Notes under the pieces: model-generated | Databases searched by the model: none | Seen by the model: the letters and a program-made list of their open reading frames with translations, nothing else | What the model was told of the DNA's origin: nothing | Made by a program: the position numbers and the translations under genes | Shown: in pieces, positions 20,311 through 32,039 of the stretch | How positions within the stretch are numbered: the stretch's first letter is position 1 | How the letters are laid out: each line of letters begins with the position of its first letter | Source: Tubiluchus corallicola | Taxonomy: Eukaryota; Animalia; Priapulida | Reading direction: 5' to 3' | DNA: 41,249 nt | Assembly: GCA_030141605.1 (NCBI GenBank) | Contig: JAQGDQ010001435.1 | Location: 1 to 41,249, forward strand

Positions 20311-23300
20311 GACTTTTCTTAACTGGCTTCACTTTGTAGTGTAAGCAGGGTACATAATGCGCCTGAAGCCCGAATATCCCTAAGCTCTCTTATATTGTTT
20401 GTAATTTTGCTTGTTTGATTGCCGCATAACCCAAGTTGTCTATTCCTACTCAAATGTTTTGCGCTGTGCGTCATTTTTCAAATTGCTTAAGATCAGAATC
20501 AGTAGCTGCATTCACCAGACATCAATCAATGCCATAATTATACATGCACCTTGTAGTCAAAACAAGTAAATCAGAATGCACATTCCTTCCAGTTGAGCTG
20601 GGTGTACGTACACCCATTGTTACACATGTATTTATATATAGCGATGTGTATATAGTGAAACAGATTAATTTGTGGGTAAATGTTTAGCTACACATATAAT
20701 AATAAAAAGTTACTTTGAGGGCAGACTTATGTAATAGGACAAAGTTAATTTAGCGCAAATGTTACCATGTTATTCTTTAAGTAATTTTAACTGTAGTCCA
20801 GTTAGCTGGTTGGAGTTGTCTTTCTCTTGAAAATATAATACTATGAAATTGTCGCAACGTATGTGGTAATGCATAGTAATGTGTGTTAACCAATTCGGCA
20901 TCAATAAGATTCCCTGTTGGGAAACTATTAATATAAGGCATATGTTGATCCTATTTGTGAACATTTGAGAGGTGGCTGACGACTTACGGTGGTCGAATAT
21001 CAGCAATCGATTCCAGTTTCTAAATGCTTAAGTACTGAAGATAAACCTTGAAGTAAACAGATATTTAGCGCGCGCCACATTTCACAGTATTTGTAGGTAG
21101 AAATAAAAGCTAGATAGTATATAAGCTAGGTAAATATTAAATTTAAAGCATAAATCCTTGAAAGCACGGGGTGTACGCTGCTTTCATCCTGTAGGATTGC
21201 CTGACTGACTGTTGGATTCACTTACTGTATGGTTAACTGATGTATGATTGATTAACTTATTAATTGTTTAATTATCTCAATTATGGAACTGCTGGTTGTT
21301 TAATTGATTAAGTTGCTGTTAGATTGTTTCACTCATTGGTTGATTGGGTCACTAACTACGGTTGATTGTTTGCACCTATTCCTTGTTTTATAAATATTGT
21401 TTTTGTTTTATTTTACGTTTCATTAATTTTAGTGTACTACTTAAATTGTGTGCGTGCTGATTTGCATAAAAAGTAAAGAAACATAAAACCGATAAAACGG
21501 GTTCAGCGGTGTCCCGATGTAATACTGCTGATGTCCCTAGTAACAGTATACTTAGTTACCAGAATTTATTAGGATTCGTTTTTACTTAATCACCTTAACG
21601 ATCAATAGTTATCTGAACCTCTCTTTTTTACTCGCTTCTAAATATGGCTTCCTTCGTTCATTTCGTAATTGAATTTCGAAGCCCGTGTTTGGGTTTCTAA
21701 TTGCGTCGATCCTAAACCTGAAGGCGAATTTCATTGTAGAATGGGTAATCAAACAACAGCTTTAGGTGTTGAACTAATAAATGTCATTTTTAGTGTTAAC
21801 TGCGCGAGTAATAATCACAAGTTATTAATTTAATCTTTATTTATAGCTTTCACGCAATTACCGTTTTTAAGAGGCATGATTAAAAGTACATTTAACAACG
21901 TATTGTATGCCTGGGCCGCAGGGATTTAGGAAGAATATTGCAGTGTGACTATACTGCCCGCAAGAGTGACAAGGGTTTTACTAAGACAAAAATGTTTTGC
22001 TTACCTGTAACAGAACGCTCTATGCAATTCATATAACAGAATTGGTAGCACACAATGAATACCTACTACATAATGGAGCGACTACTCCACGCTTGACGGC
22101 ACACCTTGGAGACGGTCAGCCTCCTAGTACGCCATGTGCGAGGCTCTCCAAGTAGAGAAAGATATTAAACTCCAACAGTTATTGCTTATAAATTGTAACT
22201 CGGATTTGTTATTAAAAACTGCCTGACAGCTGGAGTGTCTCTCAGCAAATGAAGCGACATGGCAACATCACAATAAGTAAGAAATTTAGCTGCGCGTGTT
22301 TGGAATGTCCAAATTAAGTACGTTGTCTTTTCCAGATAACCAGAGATAAGGGTTCTTAGATTCTATTTCAGAATTTCCGTACTAGATTTAAAGAATGCTC
22401 ACATTTTCGCCCATCCAATAATAAAGCTTTCCAACTGGATCAACTACTTTTCAGAGTGAAGTAATTAACTCTGTGTAAAACTTGTAAGCATCTTGTTGAC
22501 AGGACGTCGAGAGCTGAATTCTATTATAAATACAATTATTTACCAATGAGCACATTTTATACAGTGTTGCTACACTTTTAAACTGTAACTTATTATAATA
22601 CTATGATGTTGTATCTTACATTCTAGTTGTACTGCATTACTTTCGCTAGTGTCACAATATTTATAGGTACTACGTGGAAGATGCGCGCATTATTGGTTGT
22701 TAGACTTACTGAACAAATACTAAGGCAAGTAAACTACTCACGTATTCCACTCACGTCAAATTTTCCCTGATACAACTGTATCACCGGTTTGGCAAGTTGA
22801 CTTCGTTAAATGAAAAATAACGATTTTTTTTAAATCTAAAGGTTGAGTTATGTGGAAAACGCTAGACAACAAAGCTAGTAACAACAGTCGCACCTAAATG
22901 TCAAGTAAAGAAGAAGATATTTCAAGTTTGTGACGGACTTCGAGGCCTAACGTCGGAGAATTGTACTAAGAATTTGGTTTTATAAATGACAGTTGTTTTT
23001 GAGACTTATAAACACATAATTTATCAACGCTCAACAAAGCTATATTTTTAGGCTTGTTTATGCATCTATATGACTATTTTATTGCTAGAAATATATACTC
23101 AAAATCGAGAAAGTCCCTTTTCGTTATTTTAAAGTTTTACAAAATTAATTGCGGCAAAATAAGTTCCGTGTGTAAATGTTTCTACGGGCGTCTGTGAGCT
23201 GATAAAAAATCTTTATGAATAACAAAAAGCATTCAGTTCAGTTCAGTTGAATATCAATTGAACAGCTTCTGTTGTAATGTCTATTGTTGTGTATTGTTGT

Positions 23301-23664
23301 GCTTGATAAACTTGATAATGCAATAATGCAATACCTGAAAACCCTAATACAGCTGCGCTAGGAAGTAATTACCTCAGCTGTTGAACTCGTTGTCATCTGA
23401 ACTTATAATAAATCATATTAAAGTAAAAATTCTTCACACATTTAAATATGAAATTATATATAAAGTTTGTAAAACTAAAACAGTAAAACACACATTCTCT
23501 GAAAAGTGAAATATAATGTAGTTACGAATGTACTCTAGAGGGCTTTGTTTTCCATCTGTTTTCCATTTGTTTACCAGGGGACTGTCATTCAATAAAATTA
23601 AAAAAGGAACCGCTTTTTTCAAGAATTTGAATGCGCTGAGGCACTCGTTGTAGTAGACGCTTGC

Positions 23665-23722
23665 AGTGTATATAGTGTTTATAGAACTATAGTCTATATA
23701 GTCTATAGTGTTTATAGAATAG
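23665..23722 (+). repeat. Short minisatellite-like (CTATAGT/TATAGTGTTTATAGAA) repeat
   Basis: TATAGTGTTTATAGAA occurs twice with CTATAGTCTATATAGTC between. Confidence 0.75.
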
Positions 23723-24640
23723 AAAAAGGACTTTGTTACTATTAGTCCATTATAGTAAGCAACAGTTATATTTTTTGCATTGTAATTATAACATATCTTT
23801 AAAAACCCGTTCACATTTGTCATAAATCGTCGAAATAACTAAATTAATTCACGTGTACCAGTAAGCAATAAGCTGGGTATACATCGCATAATTTGAACAA
23901 TTGATTAAAACGTTTTTGTATTATACAGACTTGGTAAGTTGATCATGCTATTGTACCTATCTTTAACGTTAGATGACCCCTGAGTCGTTATCATAACGTC
24001 AGGCGTCCTAAGAGGTTTTGCTTCTAAGACCCCAATTAAGCATTAATCTTATCAGTATTGTCAAGAGTATTAAGGCGTTTTAGATTATAGAATCCTCAGG
24101 CTGGCTTCTTTGTGGACGTTGACCACTGTCTCTATACCAAGTGCAGTTTCAGAAAGATTGGGTGCTTCCACATAAATTTGTAAACGCTAAAAGGACTCCA
24201 TAAATTGTTCTGGTGGTTATTTACTTTTCCGGAAGTGCAACGGGAAACGTAGCAAATTCGAAGCCATTTAAATAGCCAATTAGAAAATAGAAAATTGATG
24301 CTGTACAATAATAATATGAGGGCCTTTAACTTAATTTATAATTATGATAGTAATAATATTTAAAAAGAAACATACTTTACTGTCATGTCCTGCGATATTG
24401 TTATTATTTTGGAAATTTGAGAAAACTGTCGCTGTTGGTACTTTTATATTTTGAACTGACATTAGAAACACAGTTATGATTTGGTGTTGCCATACCGGCC
24501 ATAGGAAAGCAAAGCCCTTATTTGTTGAGCGGAGTAGAATTCTATGGTTAATAATTTTTTCTACATACATCCTAATACAGAAATAACTATACCGGCCATT
24601 ACTGTTGACAACATTTTTGTATGCAACATGTTCATTGAGC

Positions 24641-24679
24641 GTAGACGATCGTTTCGACTGTAACGGTCATTGTCAATAC
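24641..24679 (-). ncRNA. Minimal type-I hammerhead ribozyme, U3-A8 core variant
   Basis: Minus strand reads GUA UUGACAA U GACCG-UUA-CAGUC GAAAC GAUC GUC|UAC. Stem I GUA/UAC, core UUGACAA...GAAA...UC, palindromic stem III ACGAUCGU. Predicted cleavage after C at 24644. Confidence 0.7.
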
Positions 24680-24936
24680 TATAAATCAAGCTTAAAAGGT
24701 ATAATTAGTACATTGATGATGCTAAAATACTAAGGCACAAAATGTCACTTCAAATCAAAAAAGTATAATGTTAAGTTGTCAAAATAAACATGGATATAAT
24801 TAGAAGAAATGGAAATTTATATCCTCGTTTAATTTAACAATTTAACATTCTACTCTTTTGATTTGTAATGGTATTTTGTGCCTTGGTACTTTAGTAACAG
24901 CAGTGTACTAATTATTCCTTTATTGCCTGATTTATA

Positions 24937-24975
24937 GTATTGACAATGACTGTTACAGACGAAAGGATCGTCTGT
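24937..24975 (+). ncRNA. Degenerate hammerhead copy (U3-A8 core, stem III disrupted)
   Basis: GTA TTGACAA T GACTG-TTA-CAGAC GAAA G GATC GTC TGT, followed by AATAAA at 24980-24985. Confidence 0.6.
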
Positions 24976-25503
24976 GTTCAATAAACATGTAGATTCCCAG
25001 AGGCTGGCTCCTTTAGGTATTAATGTACATTTTTGTGTGTTTAGGTGGGTTTAGCTACTTGTACACTTGTACTTGCACTTCAGCAGCCTGGAGATCTTGC
25101 GGTTACTCCATAATTTAAACAAAAGCATTTAGTATGCTGTGATACATGGTAACTATACATAATAGTTTCATTAACAGCAACCCGAAATTAGATTTGTATG
25201 ACTTGATGTTAAAGTGTATAGCGCTTAACCTGCGTAACATGCATAACACACTACTTGAAATTCAGCTACTCATTTCTCAAGAAAAAACTGAAACTCTGCA
25301 ACTGCAAATGCGTTTTTTAAACTATAAGAGTTGCTGGTTGGTTGAGCAGCAGCCGCTCATGAAAATGACTTAATTCCATACTACGGAACTGTAATGATGA
25401 GTCGCTCTAACGTTAGTGTAGTGTAATTCGCAGTGTCATTAAATAAGTGTTTTTTTGGTAATTTCATTTAGATTTAGTGCAAAAAAGAGTAGGATTCATT
25501 TAC

Positions 25504-25618
25504 TAACCTAGACCAGAGCATTCGCTAAAATATAGAAGAAACTTTCATTGTGAAGACTGAAAGAGTCGTTCAGTTGAGATAAAATAGCGAAATGACGCCT
25601 ATGGTTGTTGCCTGGTTG
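25504..25618 (+). repeat. ~115-bp dispersed repeat, copy 1
   Basis: Direct match to 28946-29062, including the exact 26-mer CATTCGCTAAAATATAGAAGAAACTT. Confidence 0.9.
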
Positions 25619-26132
25619 ATTTCTTCTTACAGCAGCTTGCAGTACTAATGCCTAGCTCCTAGTTGGTATTCATATCTCGTCTTCTAGTAAATTCCAAGTG
25701 CCATTTCAGATTGTCTTTGCTCACTGGTCAAACTGATTTGAAGCTCACTGTTTACTATTTAATCAGTGTTGAAAATCCTCCGAGGGAAACAGAATCGAAT
25801 AAAAGGCTTATGGGATAGTGAGAACTCATAGAAGTCAACGTTAGAGTTGTCTCATCTGTATGTTTATTCTTCAAAATTGCTACGTACGGAAGCGGTATTG
25901 TCGAATTGGTGCTGTTTGATAAGCTTTTTTGTTTTTATAGCATAATTATAAAACTGTGCAAAAAGTGTGCATGCTTTTGCAACGACTTCACAGTTTATCA
26001 AACACGAGAGTCACCGATACCAAATTAAGCCCACAGCTTAACTTAGACCAAAAATATATATCTGCAATATTTAGCATTGATGTCTGACATGACACGCGCG
26101 CACACACGTCAAAGGTCAAGGTCTCATACACA

Positions 26133-27017
26133 TATGATCTTGACATACGATCTATCGATTCTGAACAATACCATTTTTGGTGCATCTTAAGCACTATCAC
26201 GTGGCCATGTGAAATTTGTTTATGTTTGGCAAATTATGTTGTTCGTGTTAAATCACAGAGACAAAATAAAATAAACTTATTTTGGAGAATGAAATCAACT
26301 AACAAATTCATTGTAACTAATTATCAACAAAGCAATTATTATTGAAACAATTACATAAAACAATAAAACAGTTGAAATCAACGTATGCGCTGAACACCGA
26401 GGTCGTAAACGTTACAGATAATAACAAAGCACGTTATAAGCAGTAATTATTATAATTATCACAATGCACAAAATATTAATTGCCGAATAAACACAGCATA
26501 TAAGCTGCAGTTATGAAAGTATACACATAAAACTCAAGCGTACAGAATTCATAATAATAAACGTAATTTAAGTGTACTAGCCTATCAGTCTGCTGCTGAT
26601 TATCTGCACTAATTATCCCAGCAGGTTACAGGCGGTCATATTTATATAATATTTACATCAGGTTCCAGAACATTATAATAAATAAGTTTATTGATGACTA
26701 CAATATAACAATTATAAAAGGAGCACTACGGTGTGCAGATCATTCCAGACAATGCCACATTTTCTGCATTACCTGTATTAGTGTATCTGCTGCATTACTA
26801 ACAATTACTTTTATTTAGTTAAATGTTGACTTTGTTTGTTGGTTTCATTTTCGGAAAGGATTTATTTTATTTTGCAGGCCTATTTGTAATTTAATACATA
26901 ACAACATAATTTGCCAAACACAAACCACAATTTAAGATGTTTGGCCACCTGATAGTGCTTCAAATACACCAGGAATTATAGCGTTTAGAGTCGGCAGATC
27001 ATAATGTCAATATCATA
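26133..27017. mobile_element. Foldback/MITE-like element with ~190-bp imperfect inverted arms
   Basis: 26133-26320 versus 26815-27017. Exact 21-bp inverted match TGTTTGGCAAATTATGTTGTT (26223-26243 / 26900-26920), plus AAGCACTATCA.GTGGCCA. Confidence 0.75.
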
Positions 27018-27996
27018 ATAATTATATTATGTATGAGATCTTCATTTTTCTAGAAAGTACTCAATTGTGCTACACACCATCAGCAACAATGTGCACGGCG
27101 TGCATGGATAGTGAGAACACGGGTGACAGACACACAAAATTTAACAGTGAAGCGGGGCTCGTAACTGCGTATAATCAACTAAGATTCTTCGCAACCGTAG
27201 CCTTTAGCCTACTTTTCAGAGTAGACAGTGATTGTGTCAGCCCGTTGATGCCATAATTATATATCGGGAGATGTTTTCCTCTAGTCAAGGAAATTAGGAT
27301 GGTTTTTACTTTAGCTTTTTAGCTTTGAGCTGACCTTACCCATAGTAATAGCAGGTCAAGCACAGAACATTGTCGCTCTTCAAATTTAACTACGTTTTGT
27401 TCTGCAGCGGATATATACGTATATATATATGTATGCCTCAGGTTTAAAAAATAAACTTAATTTTTGGGTTACCTTAACTTTTCATCTCTGAAGCATTTCA
27501 TCATCTATACATATATATATATAAATGTAAATGAATCCTGCTCTTTTATATATGTATACTGTAACGTCCATTTCATCTTCCCACATAAATAGATTTGTGC
27601 AGTGGCTTGTGTCATGTGAGTGTGGTGTTCGTTCAGTAGTCTGTCAGTTGGTTGGTCATCCCAGTGGCAGAGCTTGGAAAGAAAACACAAACTCTATTTA
27701 TTTTTGGCCCTTCTATGCTGTGCATATCATTATGTATTCTACCTTTTGTTCAAATGTGGAAGTATAATAACATTAGCATTAAAAAGACTGGTTCTATAGC
27801 CTATGGCCATTAGCCAAGGCTAGTAAGTACTGCGGGAGGGCCAGTTTAATCGCTTGTAATGATAGCTGTAGGAAGCCAGCGTATACCTATGCCTACGACT
27901 ACTCTCGCAGGTATCAAAAAGAGGTCAGCAACTTTACTCCAGGTACGGCACGTAGACTGATATGACGTGCAAGTAGTTTTGTCCACGTAGTCAGTT

Positions 27997-28445
27997 ATGT
28001 CGTATGGTGACTTGTCCATGAGGTCTGAAACTATTTGGTGGTAGAGATTTCCACAAAGTTTGTCTCATTGCTGTAATCGTATCGTTGGGAAGTGCTATTG
28101 GCGTACCGACAAACCGTTGAGAAGCGGATCCATGTTTGAGGTGACGAGGCACCCCCAGTACGGTAACAACCCAGAGACTGTAAGTTGCACGATTTAGTAT
28201 TTGCTTATCTGATGTTAGCAGTTGCGTGGAAGCTGGACTTAACCTCCCTGCTGTTCAAGAAATTGGTAGTGATACTAATAGACGCTGAGCTGCAACCTCA
28301 TCATAGAGGCGCCCTACGTTAAACTTAGTACCACGCAACCTCCATGGTGTATTTTCTAAGTGAGATAATGCCGGTTGATCATCACAGCGCTAACGAGGAC
28401 TACATCATTTGGGGTGGCATGTAGTTAGGCAAATAGGTACTCCTT
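27997..28445 (+). mobile_element. Tc1-like transposase relic (N-terminal half)
   Basis: EISTKF, AYRQT, SDTNRR (~TIRRRL), LQPHHRGALR (~LT..HR.ARL), GVFS (~VLFSDE), IMPVD....IIWGGM*LG (~VMVWGGI). Confidence 0.5.
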
Positions 28446-28664
28446 TTAGTTAGGTTTAGCTGTTGTGCATTATTTGCCAATTTATTTGTTTGTTTATCGA
28501 CATGATAGTGTAAGTCTACTGTAAGTAGATACTGTAATATTTGGCGCATCCAAATGTAGTTAAATTAGTGTTTGACTAATGATAGTGTTTTTTTCATACA
28601 TTTTTTGTTTGTTTGCTTAATAATTATTTCTACAATATTTATGCAATTGATTGTTTGTGCATTA

Positions 28665-28913
28665 GTTGCCTACACGTCGTTTGCATTATCACAGTGAGTA
28701 CAACAGATTACTCCAGGCAAAGCAAACTGCACATCCCACACCCGAACCTCTCTGCTCAATAGACAGGCCCCCCGTAGACTGCCTATAAGCTCGCCACTCT
28801 CTGGAGCTAACGGGTAGATGATTGGTCGCCCCTTTAGCTCGGTCAGGCCAGTCAAATTGTTACCCAGCGACTACCTTCGATCAAACTACCCCCCAGACGT
28901 GCAGATCGTTACA
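28665..28913 (-). mobile_element. Possible solo-LTR fragment
   Basis: GC-rich island that begins TGTAACG on the minus strand and has CCAAT and a TATA-like CTTATAGG downstream. No second LTR, PBS or TSD seen. Confidence 0.3.
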
Positions 28914-28945
28914 TATACATATATAAAAGAGTATGATTCATCTAG

Positions 28946-29062
28946 TAAGCTAGGCCAGACCATTCGCTAAAATATAGAAGAAACTTCTTATCGTAAAGAC
29001 TGAAAGAGTCGTTCACTTGAGTCTAAAATAGCAAAATGACCCCTGTGGGTGCTGAGTGGTTG
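28946..29062 (+). repeat. ~115-bp dispersed repeat, copy 2, with TA-rich flanks
   Basis: Matches 25504-25618 and is followed by a degenerate (TA)n at 29063-29111. Confidence 0.9.
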
Positions 29063-30189
29063 TATATATTATATATATTATATTATGTATTATATACTAT
29101 ATATATATATTATGGTCTATCGTAATTGTGCGACTTTGTGACGTATTTGCTTTTTCTGATGTAGGGCAGTAGTATGCGTAAATTTACTGCCTTTTGCGGC
29201 AACACTACACATCGTTTTTGCAGCTTTAGATTTAGACGATGGGGCTAGATAAGTTGTCAAAAGAGTGTGCCATCTCTGTAAGTTTATCGTACACTGGTCG
29301 TTCGATTCCGATTCAGCAAGAATATTTGTCACTTCAGTCAGCTTAGATTTGTCCGCTTCCTCAAGTATGACAACTCAGGAAAAAATACTTCTTTTAAGGC
29401 GTCATCGTCTAAAAAATCTTCAGTATCTTTAGTAGTCTCTGCTATTGCACTAATTTCGCAGCTCGAATGCAGTTTTTCTCATAACAACCATCATAGATTC
29501 ATACGTAAATTTTTCTTACATTTAACCCTTTTTTAGTCTTCTTACTCAGCTTGCAACTTACAAATCATTACGTTTGGTAACTAGATACCCAGAAATCATA
29601 AAACGTTCGCTTTGAACAATCATTGGACCCGATTTACTCTTTACAGGTACTCTGTACCTGTTAACGAGCTGTTCGATATAGTAGGATAATTCCTGGTCCA
29701 GCTAATTTTCCGCGCTTTGATTACAACCAAATTAAATTGTCGAAAATGATTTTTATGTAACTGCTTTATAACCTTCAATTTTTCTTCCAAGGCAATTTTA
29801 TAAGTATTTTCCTTATACATTTACATATCTACTAGTTATAAATTTATGTACGTAAATCAGCACAAGGTTTACAAATCACACCAAGATGGAGAGACAATCA
29901 AATATACAACAACCATGATGAATTCACTGGTCTCTACTGTTGGTTCTAATATTTATTATCTGGGCGACGTTACCACCCAACCCAATAAATGATCGACTAA
30001 GTTTTGAAGTAGATTTGCAACTTATCCAGTTTGCGTGTCTGCCCGGTTGACTCTACAGCGTTGGTTAAACAAATTTACAAATTTTTCTTTTTATCCTTTA
30101 TCGAGCAATTTAACGCTGGTATGATTTGCTCCATAACTCATAAATCTTCTTATCCTGGCTTTGTTGGAAATGTTAAGTGCTAGTTTTCA

Positions 30190-30670
30190 ATTTTGACCGC
30201 TGAACAGGATGTATTGATCCCTATGTTTAAAAGCAAGGAACTTCCTCAATTTAACTCTGTCTCCTTAGTAAGGGTTCATGTTTCAATGGCTGGAAAGTGT
30301 AACGTGTAGGTGGAGAGCATTAATTTGCGTTTAGCACGGAAGCCATGTTGTTAAACATGATGCGTGACTAAGAGGCTGTTCTCAAGAGGGGCAGAAACAG
30401 ACATGTTAAAATGCCCGCTGTGGTGTCACTACTCCTCGAATTTGTTGACTGTTTGACTTTAGCATAAATGCGCATGGCTGTTTTGTACACTGTGCGAGAC
30501 TCAGCGAGACTATTCTAAAGCAGGAAACTGAAAGCTTTGGCTAGCACCCAAAATTCATTCTCTTGGACAGTTATTATTCTGCGTATTATTCCCATTGTAT
30601 AGTTGGACAAGTTGAATGAGTTAGTTGTAGGTTTCCTTGGACGTAAATTTACAATATTATCATTGCAGTA
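30190..30670 (+). mobile_element. LINE reverse transcriptase relic
   Basis: VLIPMFKS (~VPIFKKG), GK...ESINLRL, LFDFS (~LDFSKAFD), KLKALA....FSWTVIIL (~KL..YG....L.WI..FL), VVGF (~GVPQG). Confidence 0.5.
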
Positions 30671-31660
30671 ATACTACTGCAAACTGATATCCAGGGAAAC
30701 CCAAATTTCTTAAGTACTTAAAACCGACAGTAAAACAAATAATGATAAGCGACTTTGTTATGACCAGTGTAGGAAATTTCGAAATAGCTTGAATTTAATT
30801 TCTCACAGCGCAAAGAAATTGTCGCAATTAAAGAAAGTTTTACACCAGAACGGCGAGTTACTTGACAAGCCAGAGCGATTCATTCCGACTTCCAATATTT
30901 GAACTCGAAAATTCATGCAACATAATACTATGTATGCAACGAGGGTAGTGTTGTGATGGGAATCAGGTAATGAAAAGGGGATTTTTCCTGTGTGCAGCCG
31001 CCCTCCCTTCTCCCTGCAGTGAAGACAGCATCATATAACAATCAAACAACCATTTATTTAAATCTGTAGGTTCTGCCTTGTAGTTGTGCAAATTCATTTT
31101 CGCTGATTCGCTGAACAAAATATGAAACCACAAAATGTCGTATTATCATGCGCATTAATTAAAATCCAAGCCATAATTACTTTTCAGTACGCGCTAAATT
31201 AGCATTTGCAATTAAAGCTGCACTCAGGTTTATAATAGAATTCTTTTCAATTTTTACGAAAATAATTTTTTTTACTTACATTCGCATAATATGCAGATGT
31301 TACTATGCATTGATGTGTTTAAATTTGTATTGCATTATTACGTGTATCATTTGTTTGTTGTCGTTATATGTTTGTAATAGGTGTATAAGTTTTATATAGA
31401 AATGTTTGTGTTTGATGTCGCTTGTGTCTATTGCAAACCTCAGTTAATTTTAATAATTTTATTTGTAAATATGATATTTATATATGTATAACAATTGTAA
31501 TAAAGAATTTTATATATATTCTAAATATATTTAACAAATATAAACTAAATATTTAGAATTGCAATAATATATATATTGAAATGTAATAGGCATAATGTGA
31601 TACACGTAACGGTGTATGTGTAATCAACGATTAGCATTAGCCAGGAACCGCTAATTGTCA

Positions 31661-31726
31661 GTCAACCAGGATTCGAACCCTGTATCTTGCGATAAAGGCA
31701 GCACTTACTATTTGAGCTACTGATTC
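31661..31726 (-). mobile_element. tRNA-derived SINE head / pseudo-tRNA
   Basis: A box TAGCTCAAATAG (31708-31719) and B box GGTTCGAATCC (31669-31679). The anticodon arm is truncated, so it is not a functional tRNA. Confidence 0.6.
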
Positions 31727-32039
31727 ACGTTGATCACATTAATTGTGTATAAAGACATTTTAAGAAATTATTAATTTAAGTATATTTTTCATTAGTATCA
31801 TAACTTTATTAGTATCATTAGTATCGTCAATTATAACTTTGTGTTTTTTTGTTTATCATACTGACATACATCGTACGAACACATGATTATTAAACTCCAC
31901 TTCGCTTTTGTTCAATAAAAAACAATAAGTGCAAAAAGTGTTTGCTAAGACTTACGTATTGAGCTAAGTTTTAATAGTCACTTCTAAGCCAAAAGAATTC
32001 TTACATAACACTATGAAAGTGTTGTTTGGTTTTTCAGTA

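Larger units (their letters stand above)
24626..24990. mobile_element. 365-bp foldback element (arms ~175 bp, spacer ~16 bp) with a hammerhead motif near each outer end; Penelope-like terminal repeat inversion
   Basis: Arms 24626-24800 and 24816-24990 are imperfect reverse complements, and both termini read ACATGT. Homologous to 600-781. Confidence 0.75.

Noticed and set aside
22930-22957. TGACGGACTTCGAGGCCTAACGTC resembling another hammerhead
   Set aside because: Both core segments are broken and there is no stem I.
23434-23823. 129-aa ORF with ECLSAFKFLKKAV (Gypsy-like)
   Set aside because: Only one weak motif, and part of the ORF is a tandem repeat.
27029-27256. MCTAC-containing ORF resembling a hAT zinc finger
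   Set aside because: It lacks the conserved Trp and His residues. Too weak.
31661-31726. Functional tRNA gene
   Set aside because: The anticodon arm is truncated and the stems are imperfect. Treated as a SINE head.
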